Shown here: piece by piece, positions 1 through 8,028 of the stretch
How positions within the stretch are numbered: the stretch's first letter is position 1
How the letters are laid out: each line of letters opens with the position of its first letter
DNA from: a virus
Taxonomy: Duplodnaviria > Caudoviricetes
Length of the DNA: 37,310 bases
Strand: one strand, 5' to 3'
Virus record (IMG/VR): IMGVR_UViG_3300030330_002505
Span: 1 to 37,310 of that record
Position numbers and translations under genes: made by a program
The notes under the pieces: generated by a model
The model's database searches: none
The model's input: only the letters and a program-made list of their open reading frames with translations
Told to the model about the DNA's origin: nothing

Positions 1-1
1 A

Positions 2-302
2 TTTTATTATGTTTTGTTGTTTATATTTGGGTTATTAACAACTCACTCATTCAATAAAACAAAAAGACCTACTCGGTGTTCTTTGATTAGTTGTCCCTCG
101 CAAGGGGCTGCACATTAAACAAACCTCTCGGTTCACTTTTGTTGTGTCTTGTCTTTTGTGTGTTGAAATCTATTTATCTCCTGCTGTGTTCCAGATCATT
201 CACGTATCTCAGGATTTCTGCTATGGTTTCCTTTTCGGGATCGGTGAACGAATGGACTTTCAGTTTCGAGATGAAATGGGGAATCTTGCTCTTCGGGGGG
301 CT
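2..302. repeat. Terminal direct repeat copy 1 (301 bp, same as 37008-37308); probably an assembly circularisation overlap
   Basis: Read-through comparison shows identity at offset 37006, with mismatches only at the extreme ends (1 vs 37007, 303 vs 37309). It lies between the spanin-like genes and the capsid gene, not where T7-like physical ends are expected. Confidence 0.93.
59..159 (-). promoter_or_regulatory. Putative structured 5' leader of the major capsid gene (multi-hairpin)
   Basis: Minus-strand RNA: AACC-GAGA-GGUU (122-133), CCCU-UGCG-AGGG (95-106) and ACC-GAGUA-GGU (67-77), enclosed by ACAAAAGAC/GUCUUUUUGU (151-159 with 59-68). Through the terminal overlap it lies upstream of the capsid ATG at 36985. 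Confidence 0.5.
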
Positions 303-374
303 GGTCACTATACAACCACTCATCAATAAGATCAGCGTTGCGACTGCGACTGCGATTGTAAGCTTCTTTTTCAT
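174..374 (-). CDS. Lipoprotein, probable o-spanin (Rz1-like), 66 aa
   Basis: Start at the internal Met MKKKLTIAVAVATLILLMSGC gives a basic N-region, a hydrophobic H-region and lipobox LMSGC; it overlaps the 196-450 ORF in another frame, as in Rz/Rz1 pairs. Confidence 0.65.
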   Translation of the reverse strand: MKKKLTIAVAVATLILLMSGCIVTSPPKSKIPHFISKLKVHSFTDPEKETIAEILRYVNDLEHSRR

Positions 375-450
375 AAGCCTCAACAACCTTGAAAAAGTAC
401 TCGCAGATCTTCGGGAAGTTGAATAGAAAGCCTACGAGTAACTTAATCAT
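196..450 (-). CDS. Putative i-spanin (Rz-like) or hypothetical protein, 84 aa
   Basis: Hydrophobic N-terminus followed by a charged helical region; the lipoprotein gene is largely nested within it; follows a holin-like gene. The N-terminal hydrophobic stretch is short for a TM anchor. Confidence 0.5.
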   Translation of the reverse strand: MIKLLVGFLFNFPKICEYFFKVVEAYEKEAYNRSRSRNADLIDEWLYSDQPPEEQDSPFHLETESPFVHRSRKGNHSRNPEIRE

Positions 451-458
451 GGTGCTGT

Positions 459-641
459 TTATTCTTTTGGTTTTGCTTTGCCAACATTTATGGCAAGCCA
501 GTTGATGAGTTTTAAAAGAACTGCTGTTATCTTATTGTCAGCCTTGTTTGGTGTAAGTGCTGATATAAGACTAGCTGCTGTAACAACAGCCGTAGCAATG
601 CCAATAAGCTCTGCTTGGTTTTCAATAATATACGTTATCAT
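459..641 (-). CDS. Small membrane protein, holin-like, 60 aa
   Basis: Hydrophobic segments LIGIATAVVTAASLISALTP and ITAVLLKLINWLAINVG, basic C-tail; adjacent to the spanin-like pair. Confidence 0.6.
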   Translation of the reverse strand: MITYIIENQAELIGIATAVVTAASLISALTPNKADNKITAVLLKLINWLAINVGKAKPKE

Positions 642-649
642 AAATTTTA

Positions 650-1435
650 TTATACCCTTGTAGATACTGCTAATCGTCTTTCAACTTCTTCACGATATGC
701 AGGATCATTTTCATATCTCTTGTCTCTCATAGCCTCGACTACTTGAGCGTTACTTTGAAATGGTTGTACTGCTGATCCAGAGGTTTGTCCTTGTCTAATA
801 TTTGGTTGTTGCCCTCCTTCACTTAGAAAGCGAGCATACAGTCCTTTAACAGCCATCTTAGCTGCCTCTGGTGTACTGGACTCAACTATCTGATCAAAGC
901 TATCGATCTCTTCGCCTGGAAGATTATTTCTTGCCCACTCAGCCATAGCCTCGTAGTTCTCTTGGCCACCAATAGAGTTTGTTATCTCTACCTCTTCAGC
1001 AGATATAAGTGCCTGTTGGCCTCTGATGTATGTGTCAACAATATCCTTAGTGATGTTAAGTTTCTCTAGCTCTTTGTAATTGTCTTCTGATAACTCACCA
1101 TTTTCAGCGTAAGCAATTGCAGCGTCTTCTATTGCGTTTGACACATCAGTAGACTCGCTGTTCGGATCTCCCTCATCTTCTGTTTGCGTCTGCTGTTCTT
1201 GGGATTGTTTCTCGCCAAGTTTCTTCTCAAGATTCTCGTACGCTTCTGCAAGGTCTTCTTGTGACTTGAACTTACCAAGAATCAAGTCCTCCTCCTCTTG
1301 CTGTTGTTCCTCCTCGGACCCAGAAGGGCTTTGCTGTTGTTGCTGTTGTGCTTCTTCTTGTTGTGCCAGTTGCTCCTCCAAGCTTATGTTGCCTTCTTCG
1401 GTTTCTTGCTTCTCGTTTATTGTGTATTGTTCCAT
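650..1435 (-). CDS. Capsid assembly scaffolding protein (T7 gp9-like)
   Basis: Very acidic; motifs LGKFKSQEDLAEAYENLEKKLG, GGQENYEAMAEWA and DKRYENDPAYREEVERRLA typical of T7-like scaffolds; directly downstream of portal. Confidence 0.93.
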   Translation of the reverse strand: MEQYTINEKQETEEGNISLEEQLAQQEEAQQQQQQSPSGSEEEQQQEEEDLILGKFKSQEDLAEAYENLEKKLGEKQSQEQQTQTEDEGDPNSESTDVSNAIEDAAIAYAENGELSEDNYKELEKLNITKDIVDTYIRGQQALISAEEVEITNSIGGQENYEAMAEWARNNLPGEEIDSFDQIVESSTPEAAKMAVKGLYARFLSEGGQQPNIRQGQTSGSAVQPFQSNAQVVEAMRDKRYENDPAYREEVERRLAVSTRV

Positions 1436-1451
1436 ACTTATTTACTCCCAT

Positions 1452-3020
1452 TTATTCAGTTATTGGTGGTTCTTCTTCTTCTCGCCCTTCTTGGGCAATT
1501 GATTGATCACTAGCTGCTTTGATTCCAGCAGGGCCAAGCTTCTCAGCCATCTGCATGAGTTGTGCTTGTTGTTGCTCTTGTGCCAACTGCTCTTGAGTCT
1601 TTATAAGTCCTGCTGTCTTGATACCAAGTGCTGTGGCTCTTCTCTTGATGTATTCAGATACGTTAACAAAGTTAGCTACCGCCTCTGGTCCTAACACCTG
1701 ACTGGAGCCAAGAAGGAATGAATCGAGACTGTTAAGATCCCCTTGTCTTCCAAGGCTATCAAGACCTGTAACAATAACAGGATTTACTAGATCCTTTGGA
1801 AGCTTTGGCATCTTCTTGTTCTTTTCCATAACACTCATCAAACGACTCAACAAAGGAGCTTGGAGATCATTGCTAAGTAAACTAAAGATACCACCAAGGG
1901 CTGCGTTAAGTTCCTGCGAGATCAATCGGATTTCTTCAGCAGTTACTCGCTCGGCATTCCTGATTGCACTGCTAGTAAGCAGGAAGTTCTGAGCAAGCCT
2001 GTCTTTGATCTGGTTGATTGTTTCCGCAGCAACTCTGAAATCATTAAACTTGTTGAGTTGGAGAGTTGATACATCCCCTGCATTACCTTGTACAATAGCT
2101 CCGTTAGGTGACTCAGAAAGACTCTTGTGTCTTGTAGTTCCATTTGGGTTAACCAGGAATAACACCTTGGCTGCTGCTGCACTGCCTTCAACGATTGCTC
2201 TAGTAAGAGACTCAAGGGACTGCAAGTCACCAAGGTACTCTTCTACATATGAGCGTCCGAAGTTCTCTCCATCAACTCTACTGAATCTAAGAGGAATGTA
2301 TGGGTTCTTATCAAGAGGAAAGGTTGTACCTGTCTCTGGAAGAACAACACCATTGATGTCCTGCTTCAACATCCACTTGTCCCCATACTTACACATCGCT
2401 GTATAGAGGTTACAGTTGCCTCCATCACCTACTCCAGAATCCTGTGGTTTCTGTATGGCTGCTTTAATATCCTCATCAAGAGCTTCGTAGTTGAGTGTTT
2501 CCTTGGTTGCTATCGTCAGAACATTATCCATAGGATCTCTTTCAATAACAAACCTATCCAACCTAAACACTCTCATGCCTCCGTTCTGATCCAAGTAAAG
2601 CAAACAGTTTCCTGTAACAATGAGTTGTTTGAGCGCTTCGTGAATAACTACTCGATAACGCTCCTTGGCTATCTCATCCATTACAGCGTCTTCAACTTTG
2701 CGTAGTGCTGAATCTATCTCACTCACTACTTCCTCTGGCGCACCTTCCTGTTGTAGCTTGTTGGTGTCTACCTGGAGTCTAAAGAAACTTATGTTGGGTG
2801 GAAGAAGTGCCAACAATAGCTTGGACGCAAGGTTGTTGACACCTCTGGCCCCCACGCCTTGAAATGGTGTATTGAGTCGTGAGTGTGATCCAAATCCTTC
2901 ATCAGGTAAGATGTAAGGTATTGTAAGTTTGGAACACTGCCTAGCTCTATCCAGGTAACTATGTCTTCTGCCTTCAAGAACTGAATAGATCTGCTCGGCT
3001 GTTTGGTTTTCGTAATTCAT
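1452..3020 (-). CDS. Head-tail connector / portal protein (T7 gp8-like)
   Basis: PFQGVGARGVNNLASKLLLALLPP, GENFGRSYVEEYLGDLQSLESL and RNAERVTAEEIR motifs; 522 aa. Confidence 0.97.
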   Translation of the reverse strand: MNYENQTAEQIYSVLEGRRHSYLDRARQCSKLTIPYILPDEGFGSHSRLNTPFQGVGARGVNNLASKLLLALLPPNISFFRLQVDTNKLQQEGAPEEVVSEIDSALRKVEDAVMDEIAKERYRVVIHEALKQLIVTGNCLLYLDQNGGMRVFRLDRFVIERDPMDNVLTIATKETLNYEALDEDIKAAIQKPQDSGVGDGGNCNLYTAMCKYGDKWMLKQDINGVVLPETGTTFPLDKNPYIPLRFSRVDGENFGRSYVEEYLGDLQSLESLTRAIVEGSAAAAKVLFLVNPNGTTRHKSLSESPNGAIVQGNAGDVSTLQLNKFNDFRVAAETINQIKDRLAQNFLLTSSAIRNAERVTAEEIRLISQELNAALGGIFSLLSNDLQAPLLSRLMSVMEKNKKMPKLPKDLVNPVIVTGLDSLGRQGDLNSLDSFLLGSSQVLGPEAVANFVNVSEYIKRRATALGIKTAGLIKTQEQLAQEQQQAQLMQMAEKLGPAGIKAASDQSIAQEGREEEEPPITE

Positions 3021-3031
3021 ATAAAAATTTT

Positions 3032-3376
3032 TTAGTCAGGTTGTACGAGTTCTTCTAATTCTTCGGGAGGATACGCCCAGTCGCTTGGAAGGGATTCCAA
3101 AACCTCGTCTTCATCTGTGAGAATGTCTTTATCAACGGCAACAACTTCTGAAGAGATTACTTCAAATGTTTCTGGGTCTGTTTCTGTTTCTGTTGTTGTT
3201 TTAAGTACAAGAGCAACTCTAGGGTTCTCCTCTTTACTCTCAACTATCCAACCCCACCAGTATCGACTTCCAGTTCCGTTAAGTGACCAACTAAGTCCAC
3301 GCATAGCTCCTGCCTGTTCACTGCGAATATGTGCTTGGTCTTCGTTGTCGTATATAATGTAAAATGGATCGGTCAT
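3032..3376 (-). CDS. Hypothetical acidic protein, possible chaperone/partner of the upstream fibre-like protein
   Basis: Clean ORF packed between the 949-aa gene and portal; C-terminal LPSDW and aromatic GSRYWWGW resemble small genes that follow phage lectin-like fibres. Confidence 0.7.
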   Translation of the reverse strand: MTDPFYIIYDNEDQAHIRSEQAGAMRGLSWSLNGTGSRYWWGWIVESKEENPRVALVLKTTTETETDPETFEVISSEVVAVDKDILTDEDEVLESLPSDWAYPPEELEELVQPD

Positions 3377-3385
3377 GATTATTTT

Positions 3386-6235
3386 TTAGAAAATGTTATG
3401 GAAGTCATTGATATCCTTTTCAATGGAAGTCCTATTGGCTGACTGGTTAGAGTCAAAGAAGATCCATTCGGAGAACTTTCCTGTGAATCCAAAAACTTTA
3501 TGGGAGTTAACACTAGGGCCATCACCATACCAACCCATTTGCAATTTAGTCCACGTAGTCGTTTGAGCATCTTGGTGATGAACTAATTTCCTTCCATTTA
3601 GGTTTGTGTAAATAGAATCTCTTGTTGCTCCTGATGGAGCTATTAAAGTGCCGTTAGCATAAAGCTTTGAATCAGGCGCTCCATAGGTTCCATTTAAAGA
3701 TCCATGTGCAAGAGTATTTGCTCCTTGTAAGGCTACCCATCCGAACTTAGAACCAGCTTGAAAATTAGTAGGATAAATATATGTATTGTCGGCAGTATCA
3801 GCTACAAACCAAGCATCTAGACGATCAACTTCAATTTGACCAAACAATTCTAAGTTGTGATAAGGATCGCTATTTATAAACTCAATAGCAGGACTACTTC
3901 CAGATCTTACAAGCAACCCTGCATTATACAATAACGGCTGATGTGCTTGAGTAGCTTGGATAGCATCTTCCCCTCCCGTTTGGTTGTATAACGTGACGAT
4001 TGAAGCGTTTCCGTCTCTTGCTGTGCCTGTTGTGGGTTGGTACTTCTTGAGTGAGTCGGTGTTTAGCTGTGCGCCAAACAAAAGAACTTCAGTAAGAGTT
4101 GTATCCCCAGATCTGAAGTCTACTCCATAAACATGGTTACCTGCTGATTCTGATGTATCTACAACGAAGTCGAACCGCTGCCATTCTTCAGTTAAAGTTA
4201 CTCCATAACGTGCTACAGATTTTACTCCTAAAACATCTACTACTCCAGTACCACTTACAGTCCTTGCATAAATTGATTTTACCTGACCTGTTGTGGCAAT
4301 CGATGTTCTTACTAGGTGAGCATTAGTACCTGTCTCAGTTATTTTATAAGCCCCAGTACCTCCAAAGGGATCGGTAACATTACTAGCTACTGCTGTGCAG
4401 TCGGTTTTAGCCCAAAAGTTATTAGAAAAGTCTTCAGAATAATCTAACAAATTCTCACCGCCAACAAAGTCATCAAGTGTACTTTCGACAAATTGAAGTC
4501 CATCATTGGAAACTACGGGGGTGCTTATGTATTCGGAAGGGATTGGATCGAACTCCTCAACTTTTACGTCATCAAGCAATAACTCGAATGGCCCTTTGGT
4601 TCCGTCGAATAAAAAGTCAAGAAAGTTTAAATTACCTCCTGCAAGAGTAGTAAAAGTTTTTGTTAAAGTGTAAGTTTGTGCTGTTGTTGTGAAATTCTGA
4701 TTACCTGCAAAGAGCATGTTTAGTGTAGCAGTTCCAAACCTGATATCACACTCTGCTGTTCCGCTAATTAGTTTAGCTTTGAAACTCACACGATACTTAA
4801 CACCTATCTTTGCATCTGACCCCATAGAGACTCTTACTCTTGGGTGAGATGCGTCACTTCCAGTGTTTGTTAAATGAATCTTTAAAGAACCACTTCCACT
4901 TATAGGGTTTGTAGTCTCATGGCTTAGTGTTGTACTGCTACCTCCATTTTCAGATTTTACCCAACCACCTGTGTCATCATTGAAGTCTCCACTGTAGGTT
5001 ATACTAGGAGTGGACTCGTAAGTGACTGTTTCCTCAAGCTGCGCTCCGAATATAGTCCTAGCTGATCCTGCTACAGCCGAAAGAGATGTGCCGTTTGATG
5101 AGAATCCAGAATAGATTTTTACATTTATTGTATTGTTTGAGTGAGTGTCTTTTAAAGTCACTGCAAATCTATACCAACCCGATACTGGCTCAGTAACGCT
5201 AATGTGAGGAGTGTTAGAAGTCGTACTCAAAGTGTTCGTAATTGTCCCATTCACTTCGTCAAAAGACACGTAACAATACTTGGTAGTCCCTCCTGTGAGT
5301 TCTAAAGCAATGCCTCCAAAGTTTGTTTTGCTTGTTTCTTTTTTTACATACCAAGAAAGAGTATGAGTAGAGTTTGCTGTAACTGATGCAGTACCGCTAC
5401 TTACGTGGTGATAAGACCCTGATGTAAGAGACTTGATAGACCACGCATTGTTACCTCCAAATGGATCTGCAAGACCCCCTATGCGTTCTGGAGTAGTCCC
5501 CAGTGTCCACTCACCAAAGTCCTCACTGAAGGGGATCAAATTCTGTGAGGTATTCCTCACGACCGAAGACTCGCTCACTCGATTACTAGCATCAAACATC
5601 ACCTGTGCCTCGGTGTTGTCGCTTGAGCGTCTTATTCTTGCTGCGTACGGAGAAACGTCTCCAAGCTTTCGAAGAGAAAAGGCTGCTACTGGTGCTTGCT
5701 TGATTACTTCTTTGACTGAGATGTTATCAAGAGAAAAGTCTGCTCCACCCGTCCCATAGAAGGCTAGACGAGCCGTTGAAGTAGCAGTTATAGTATATGA
5801 ATAAGAACCTGCGGAAGTTTGTGAAATAACCAAGTGCGACCCCCCGAAAGAGACGTTATTCCACCCTGCTGAAGTGAAGTCGCTTACATCAAACGAAAGT
5901 CTGTAAGTTTTGCCTACGACTGGGTTTACTTGAGGATCAGTAAATACCCATCCATTTGAGCTTCCAGAAAAGTTTAGCTTACCATTTGCTACGCTCCACC
6001 CTGCGTCCGAAACATCCCAACCTGTAGATCCGTCACTTAAATCTCCATTAGTTACCAACTCAGTGTTACTCAAAGTCAGCTTAAACTTCTCAAGAAACAA
6101 CTCCTCAAGTTCTGCACCTGTTAGCGGTCTTGTTAGCTTTGCTGTAAGAGGTGTTGTCAACTTGGACGATGGCCTACTAGCTGAACTACTGCTACTGCTA
6201 CTTGAAGAAGAAGAGGAAGACGATGAATAACTCAT
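3386..6235 (-). CDS. Large virion appendage/fibre-like protein with carbohydrate-binding (CBM4/9-like) and ConA/LamG-like modules, 949 aa
   Basis: Ser/Thr/Gly-rich beta protein; ELVTNGDLSDG..GW...LDNISVKE module; two NL(I/L)xxSEDF...FGAQL repeats; AAFSLRKL..RIRRSSDN and TLYNQTG..A.Q...QP motifs; poly-Ser N-terminus. Confidence 0.75.
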   Translation of the reverse strand: MSYSSSSSSSSSSSSSSSASRPSSKLTTPLTAKLTRPLTGAELEELFLEKFKLTLSNTELVTNGDLSDGSTGWDVSDAGWSVANGKLNFSGSSNGWVFTDPQVNPVVGKTYRLSFDVSDFTSAGWNNVSFGGSHLVISQTSAGSYSYTITATSTARLAFYGTGGADFSLDNISVKEVIKQAPVAAFSLRKLGDVSPYAARIRRSSDNTEAQVMFDASNRVSESSVVRNTSQNLIPFSEDFGEWTLGTTPERIGGLADPFGGNNAWSIKSLTSGSYHHVSSGTASVTANSTHTLSWYVKKETSKTNFGGIALELTGGTTKYCYVSFDEVNGTITNTLSTTSNTPHISVTEPVSGWYRFAVTLKDTHSNNTINVKIYSGFSSNGTSLSAVAGSARTIFGAQLEETVTYESTPSITYSGDFNDDTGGWVKSENGGSSTTLSHETTNPISGSGSLKIHLTNTGSDASHPRVRVSMGSDAKIGVKYRVSFKAKLISGTAECDIRFGTATLNMLFAGNQNFTTTAQTYTLTKTFTTLAGGNLNFLDFLFDGTKGPFELLLDDVKVEEFDPIPSEYISTPVVSNDGLQFVESTLDDFVGGENLLDYSEDFSNNFWAKTDCTAVASNVTDPFGGTGAYKITETGTNAHLVRTSIATTGQVKSIYARTVSGTGVVDVLGVKSVARYGVTLTEEWQRFDFVVDTSESAGNHVYGVDFRSGDTTLTEVLLFGAQLNTDSLKKYQPTTGTARDGNASIVTLYNQTGGEDAIQATQAHQPLLYNAGLLVRSGSSPAIEFINSDPYHNLELFGQIEVDRLDAWFVADTADNTYIYPTNFQAGSKFGWVALQGANTLAHGSLNGTYGAPDSKLYANGTLIAPSGATRDSIYTNLNGRKLVHHQDAQTTTWTKLQMGWYGDGPSVNSHKVFGFTGKFSEWIFFDSNQSANRTSIEKDINDFHNIF

Positions 6236-6250
6236 TGAAAAATTTTATGA

Positions 6251-6589
6251 TTAATCGAGTGGTGAAATAGCGACGTAAAGATCGTCTCCTGAGTCTCCAG
6301 ATCCTCCAGAAACAACAAGCTGTATCTCAGTCTGTGTTGATGTAAAGACACTTCCTCCTGGTGCTGTAAGTACTGCATCAGGTCCAATGGTTACAAACGC
6401 ATCCCCTACTTTGTGTTGTAGAGTGAGTGTTCTACCAGAACCAAATGTACCACTTGCAAGGAAACAATAAGATCCTGCTTTGGTCTTGTTGACCGCTGGA
6501 GTGCTTGTTGCATTAAGTGTTCCGTTACCATCACTGTCCAGCGTAGTGCTGTTTTTCAGGTTAATGTTAGTTATGTATGATGATGCCAT
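6251..6589 (-). CDS. Hypothetical beta-rich virion-associated protein, 112 aa
   Basis: Clean ORF, Gly/Ser/Thr-rich, ASGTFGSG.TLTLQ motif; immediately upstream of the 949-aa gene. Confidence 0.7.
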   Translation of the reverse strand: MASSYITNINLKNSTTLDSDGNGTLNATSTPAVNKTKAGSYCFLASGTFGSGRTLTLQHKVGDAFVTIGPDAVLTAPGGSVFTSTQTEIQLVVSGGSGDSGDDLYVAISPLD

Positions 6590-6614
6590 AATAATAATAT
6601 ATCTCTTCTAATTT

Positions 6615-6827
6615 TTAATAGTTTACGTTTGCTCCGCTTCCTTCACTCGGAAGGCTAACTGAAGGTCTTCGGATTGTAAGGGAAGATGTGCCTCTTCTAC
6701 GTGGATCTTTTTTCTTTTTCCTCTTGTCCTCTACCTCTTCAGCAACAGGCGTTGGTGGTGGTGGGGCCATTGGTGCTGGCTGGTTTACAATTTGAGGCGA
6801 AGGCATCCTAGGTCTTCCTATACACAT
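6615..6827 (-). CDS. T7 gp6.7/gp7.3-like small virion protein
   Basis: MC- start, Pro-rich N-half, basic RRRGTSSLTIRR motif, GSGANVNY end; positioned before portal. Confidence 0.75.
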   Translation of the reverse strand: MCIGRPRMPSPQIVNQPAPMAPPPPTPVAEEVEDKRKKKKDPRRRGTSSLTIRRPSVSLPSEGSGANVNY

Positions 6828-6830
6828 AAT

Positions 6831-7034
6831 TTAATCTCGGTTGTTTGTTAAAATATTTTCGTTTTGCTCTGCGTTTTTTGCTCGCAGAAAGTTTACAATG
6901 TTACGTTGTCCAAAGTAATAATCCATATCTCGCAGATTATCCTTTGGGCTAAATTCTTTCGGGGGGAACAACTCATCCAACTCATTCACTAACTCACTTG
7001 ATACAATTGGAAAAGGTTTGATAGTATTATCCAT
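6831..7034 (-). CDS. Conserved T7-like hypothetical protein (gp6.5 position)
   Basis: ELDELFP...YYFGQRNIVNFL pattern recalled from small genes preceding the gp6.7-like gene in marine T7-like phages. Confidence 0.7.
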   Translation of the reverse strand: MDNTIKPFPIVSSELVNELDELFPPKEFSPKDNLRDMDYYFGQRNIVNFLRAKNAEQNENILTNNRD

Positions 7035-7039
7035 GTTCT

Positions 7040-7294
7040 TTAGGCTCTCTTTATCTTCAGCTTTACTCTAGCTGCTTTTGTGTTAGCTACAAACTGTTTG
7101 CCCTTTGAGCCTTCTCTCTTCTTTTTCTTTGCAGTGGTTGCTCTTTGAGACTTGGTAAGACTTCTGGCCTTTGACATAGGAAGACATCTGTCTGGGTTCT
7201 TTTTGTTCTTGCTAGTTCCGCATGGGCCTTTGATGCTTCCATCAGTTCCTATGCGTACCCAGTTTTGTCTTCTCCACTTTGCTAACTCACCCAT
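7040..7294 (-). CDS. Small basic protein (resembles the C-terminal part of DUF5872-type viral proteins), 84 aa
   Basis: LAKWRRQNWV...GPCG...RCLP motif, K/R-rich; family assignment from recall. Confidence 0.75.
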   Translation of the reverse strand: MGELAKWRRQNWVRIGTDGSIKGPCGTSKNKKNPDRCLPMSKARSLTKSQRATTAKKKKREGSKGKQFVANTKAARVKLKIKRA

Positions 7295-7300
7295 ATATTC

Positions 7301-7462
7301 CTATTTCTTTTTCCTAATTTTTAATTTCTTTCTCTTGCTCCCTTTGGCGTAGTTTGGGTCTTTGCAGTACTTAGACGCTGCCATGTTAGCGTATGCCGAA
7401 GGGTACTTATCAAACGTTCTCTTGGCCCAGGCTATTCCTTTAGGACATATTTTGTTTCCCAT
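7301..7462 (-). CDS. Small basic protein, 53 aa (PSAYAN motif); not in the ORF track
   Basis: Manual translation: MGNKICPKGIAWAKRTFDKYPSAYANMAASKYCKDPNYAKGSKRKKLKIRKKK*; fills the gap exactly. Confidence 0.8.
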   Translation of the reverse strand: MGNKICPKGIAWAKRTFDKYPSAYANMAASKYCKDPNYAKGSKRKKLKIRKKK

Positions 7463-7467
7463 AACAC

Positions 7468-7632
7468 TTATTTACCTACCTCCTTCATGGCTTTCTTATG
7501 TGCCTGAGTGAATGTCATTCCACCTAACATAGACTTACGCATGGAAGCGAGATGCTTTTTCGTATGGTGCTTTGCGTGCCTCTTCATGGTTTTTTCCTGC
7601 CTAATACTTAAACTTTTCCTTGGTGTTTTCAT
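7468..7632 (-). CDS. Small basic His/Lys/Met-rich protein, 54 aa; not in the ORF track
   Basis: Manual translation: MKTPRKSLSIRQEKTMKRHAKHHTKKHLASMRKSMLGGMTFTQAHKKAMKEVGK*; ATGA overlap with the upstream ORF. Confidence 0.78.
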   Translation of the reverse strand: MKTPRKSLSIRQEKTMKRHAKHHTKKHLASMRKSMLGGMTFTQAHKKAMKEVGK

Positions 7633-7733
7633 TTCTTTGGTTGTTTCTTACCATATTTGGCAGGTTTCTTTTTCTTTGCCTTCTTAGTTATTGTAAGAGA
7701 ATTTCTTTTTTTACCTGATGATGAATAATTCAT
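7629..7733 (-). CDS. Lys-rich peptide, 34 aa; not in the ORF track
   Basis: Manual translation: MNYSSSGKKRNSLTITKKAKKKKPAKYGKKQPKK*; its stop overlaps the next start (ATGA). Confidence 0.65.
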   Translation of the reverse strand: MNYSSSGKKRNSLTITKKAKKKKPAKYGKKQPKK

Positions 7734-7749
7734 AATTTTTTTTTTTAAA

Positions 7750-7989
7750 TCAACATTTCCACCTACGCAGGGCAAGAGCTTTTCTAGTAGGTCTTCCTTT
7801 TGAATCCTTCATTGGCCCCTTAACTCCGCTCATCCTTGCACAAAAGCTACGCTTCCTCGCACCTCCTCCTGGCTGTGGGCGTTTAAGATTAGAACCTGTT
7901 TTACTGTTGTAGTACTTACGTCCTTTTTCGGTGAGTCCACCTTTCTTAGACTTGTGTTCTTTTCTTAATGAAACCTTTTTTCGTGCCAT
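7750..7989 (-). CDS. Small basic protein (DUF6321-like), 79 aa
   Basis: KGGLTEKGRKYYN...NLKRP...RKRSFCARMSG...KALALRRWKC pattern; family from recall. Confidence 0.8.
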   Translation of the reverse strand: MARKKVSLRKEHKSKKGGLTEKGRKYYNSKTGSNLKRPQPGGGARKRSFCARMSGVKGPMKDSKGRPTRKALALRRWKC

Positions 7990-8007
7990 GCGATAGATGT
8001 TTTATTT

Positions 8008-8028
8008 CTTCATATACAGTCATAAATT
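8008..8028 (-). promoter_or_regulatory. Candidate phage RNAP late promoter AATTTATGACTGTATATGAAG
   Basis: 20/21 identical to 21346-21366, same orientation; T7-like layout (AT-rich, GAC, TATA, purine start); at the boundary between replication and late genes. Confidence 0.7.

Noticed and set aside
2-302. 301-bp terminal repeat as the biological T7-type DTR
   Set aside because: It cuts through the late operon between the spanin-like genes and the capsid gene; better explained as assembly overlap. The physical ends more likely lie near 21 kb
7736-7746. Poly-T/A tracts (also 17383-17392) as phase-variation sites
   Set aside because: They are intergenic A-rich leaders typical of this genome, with no frameshifted gene nearby; cannot be supported without read data
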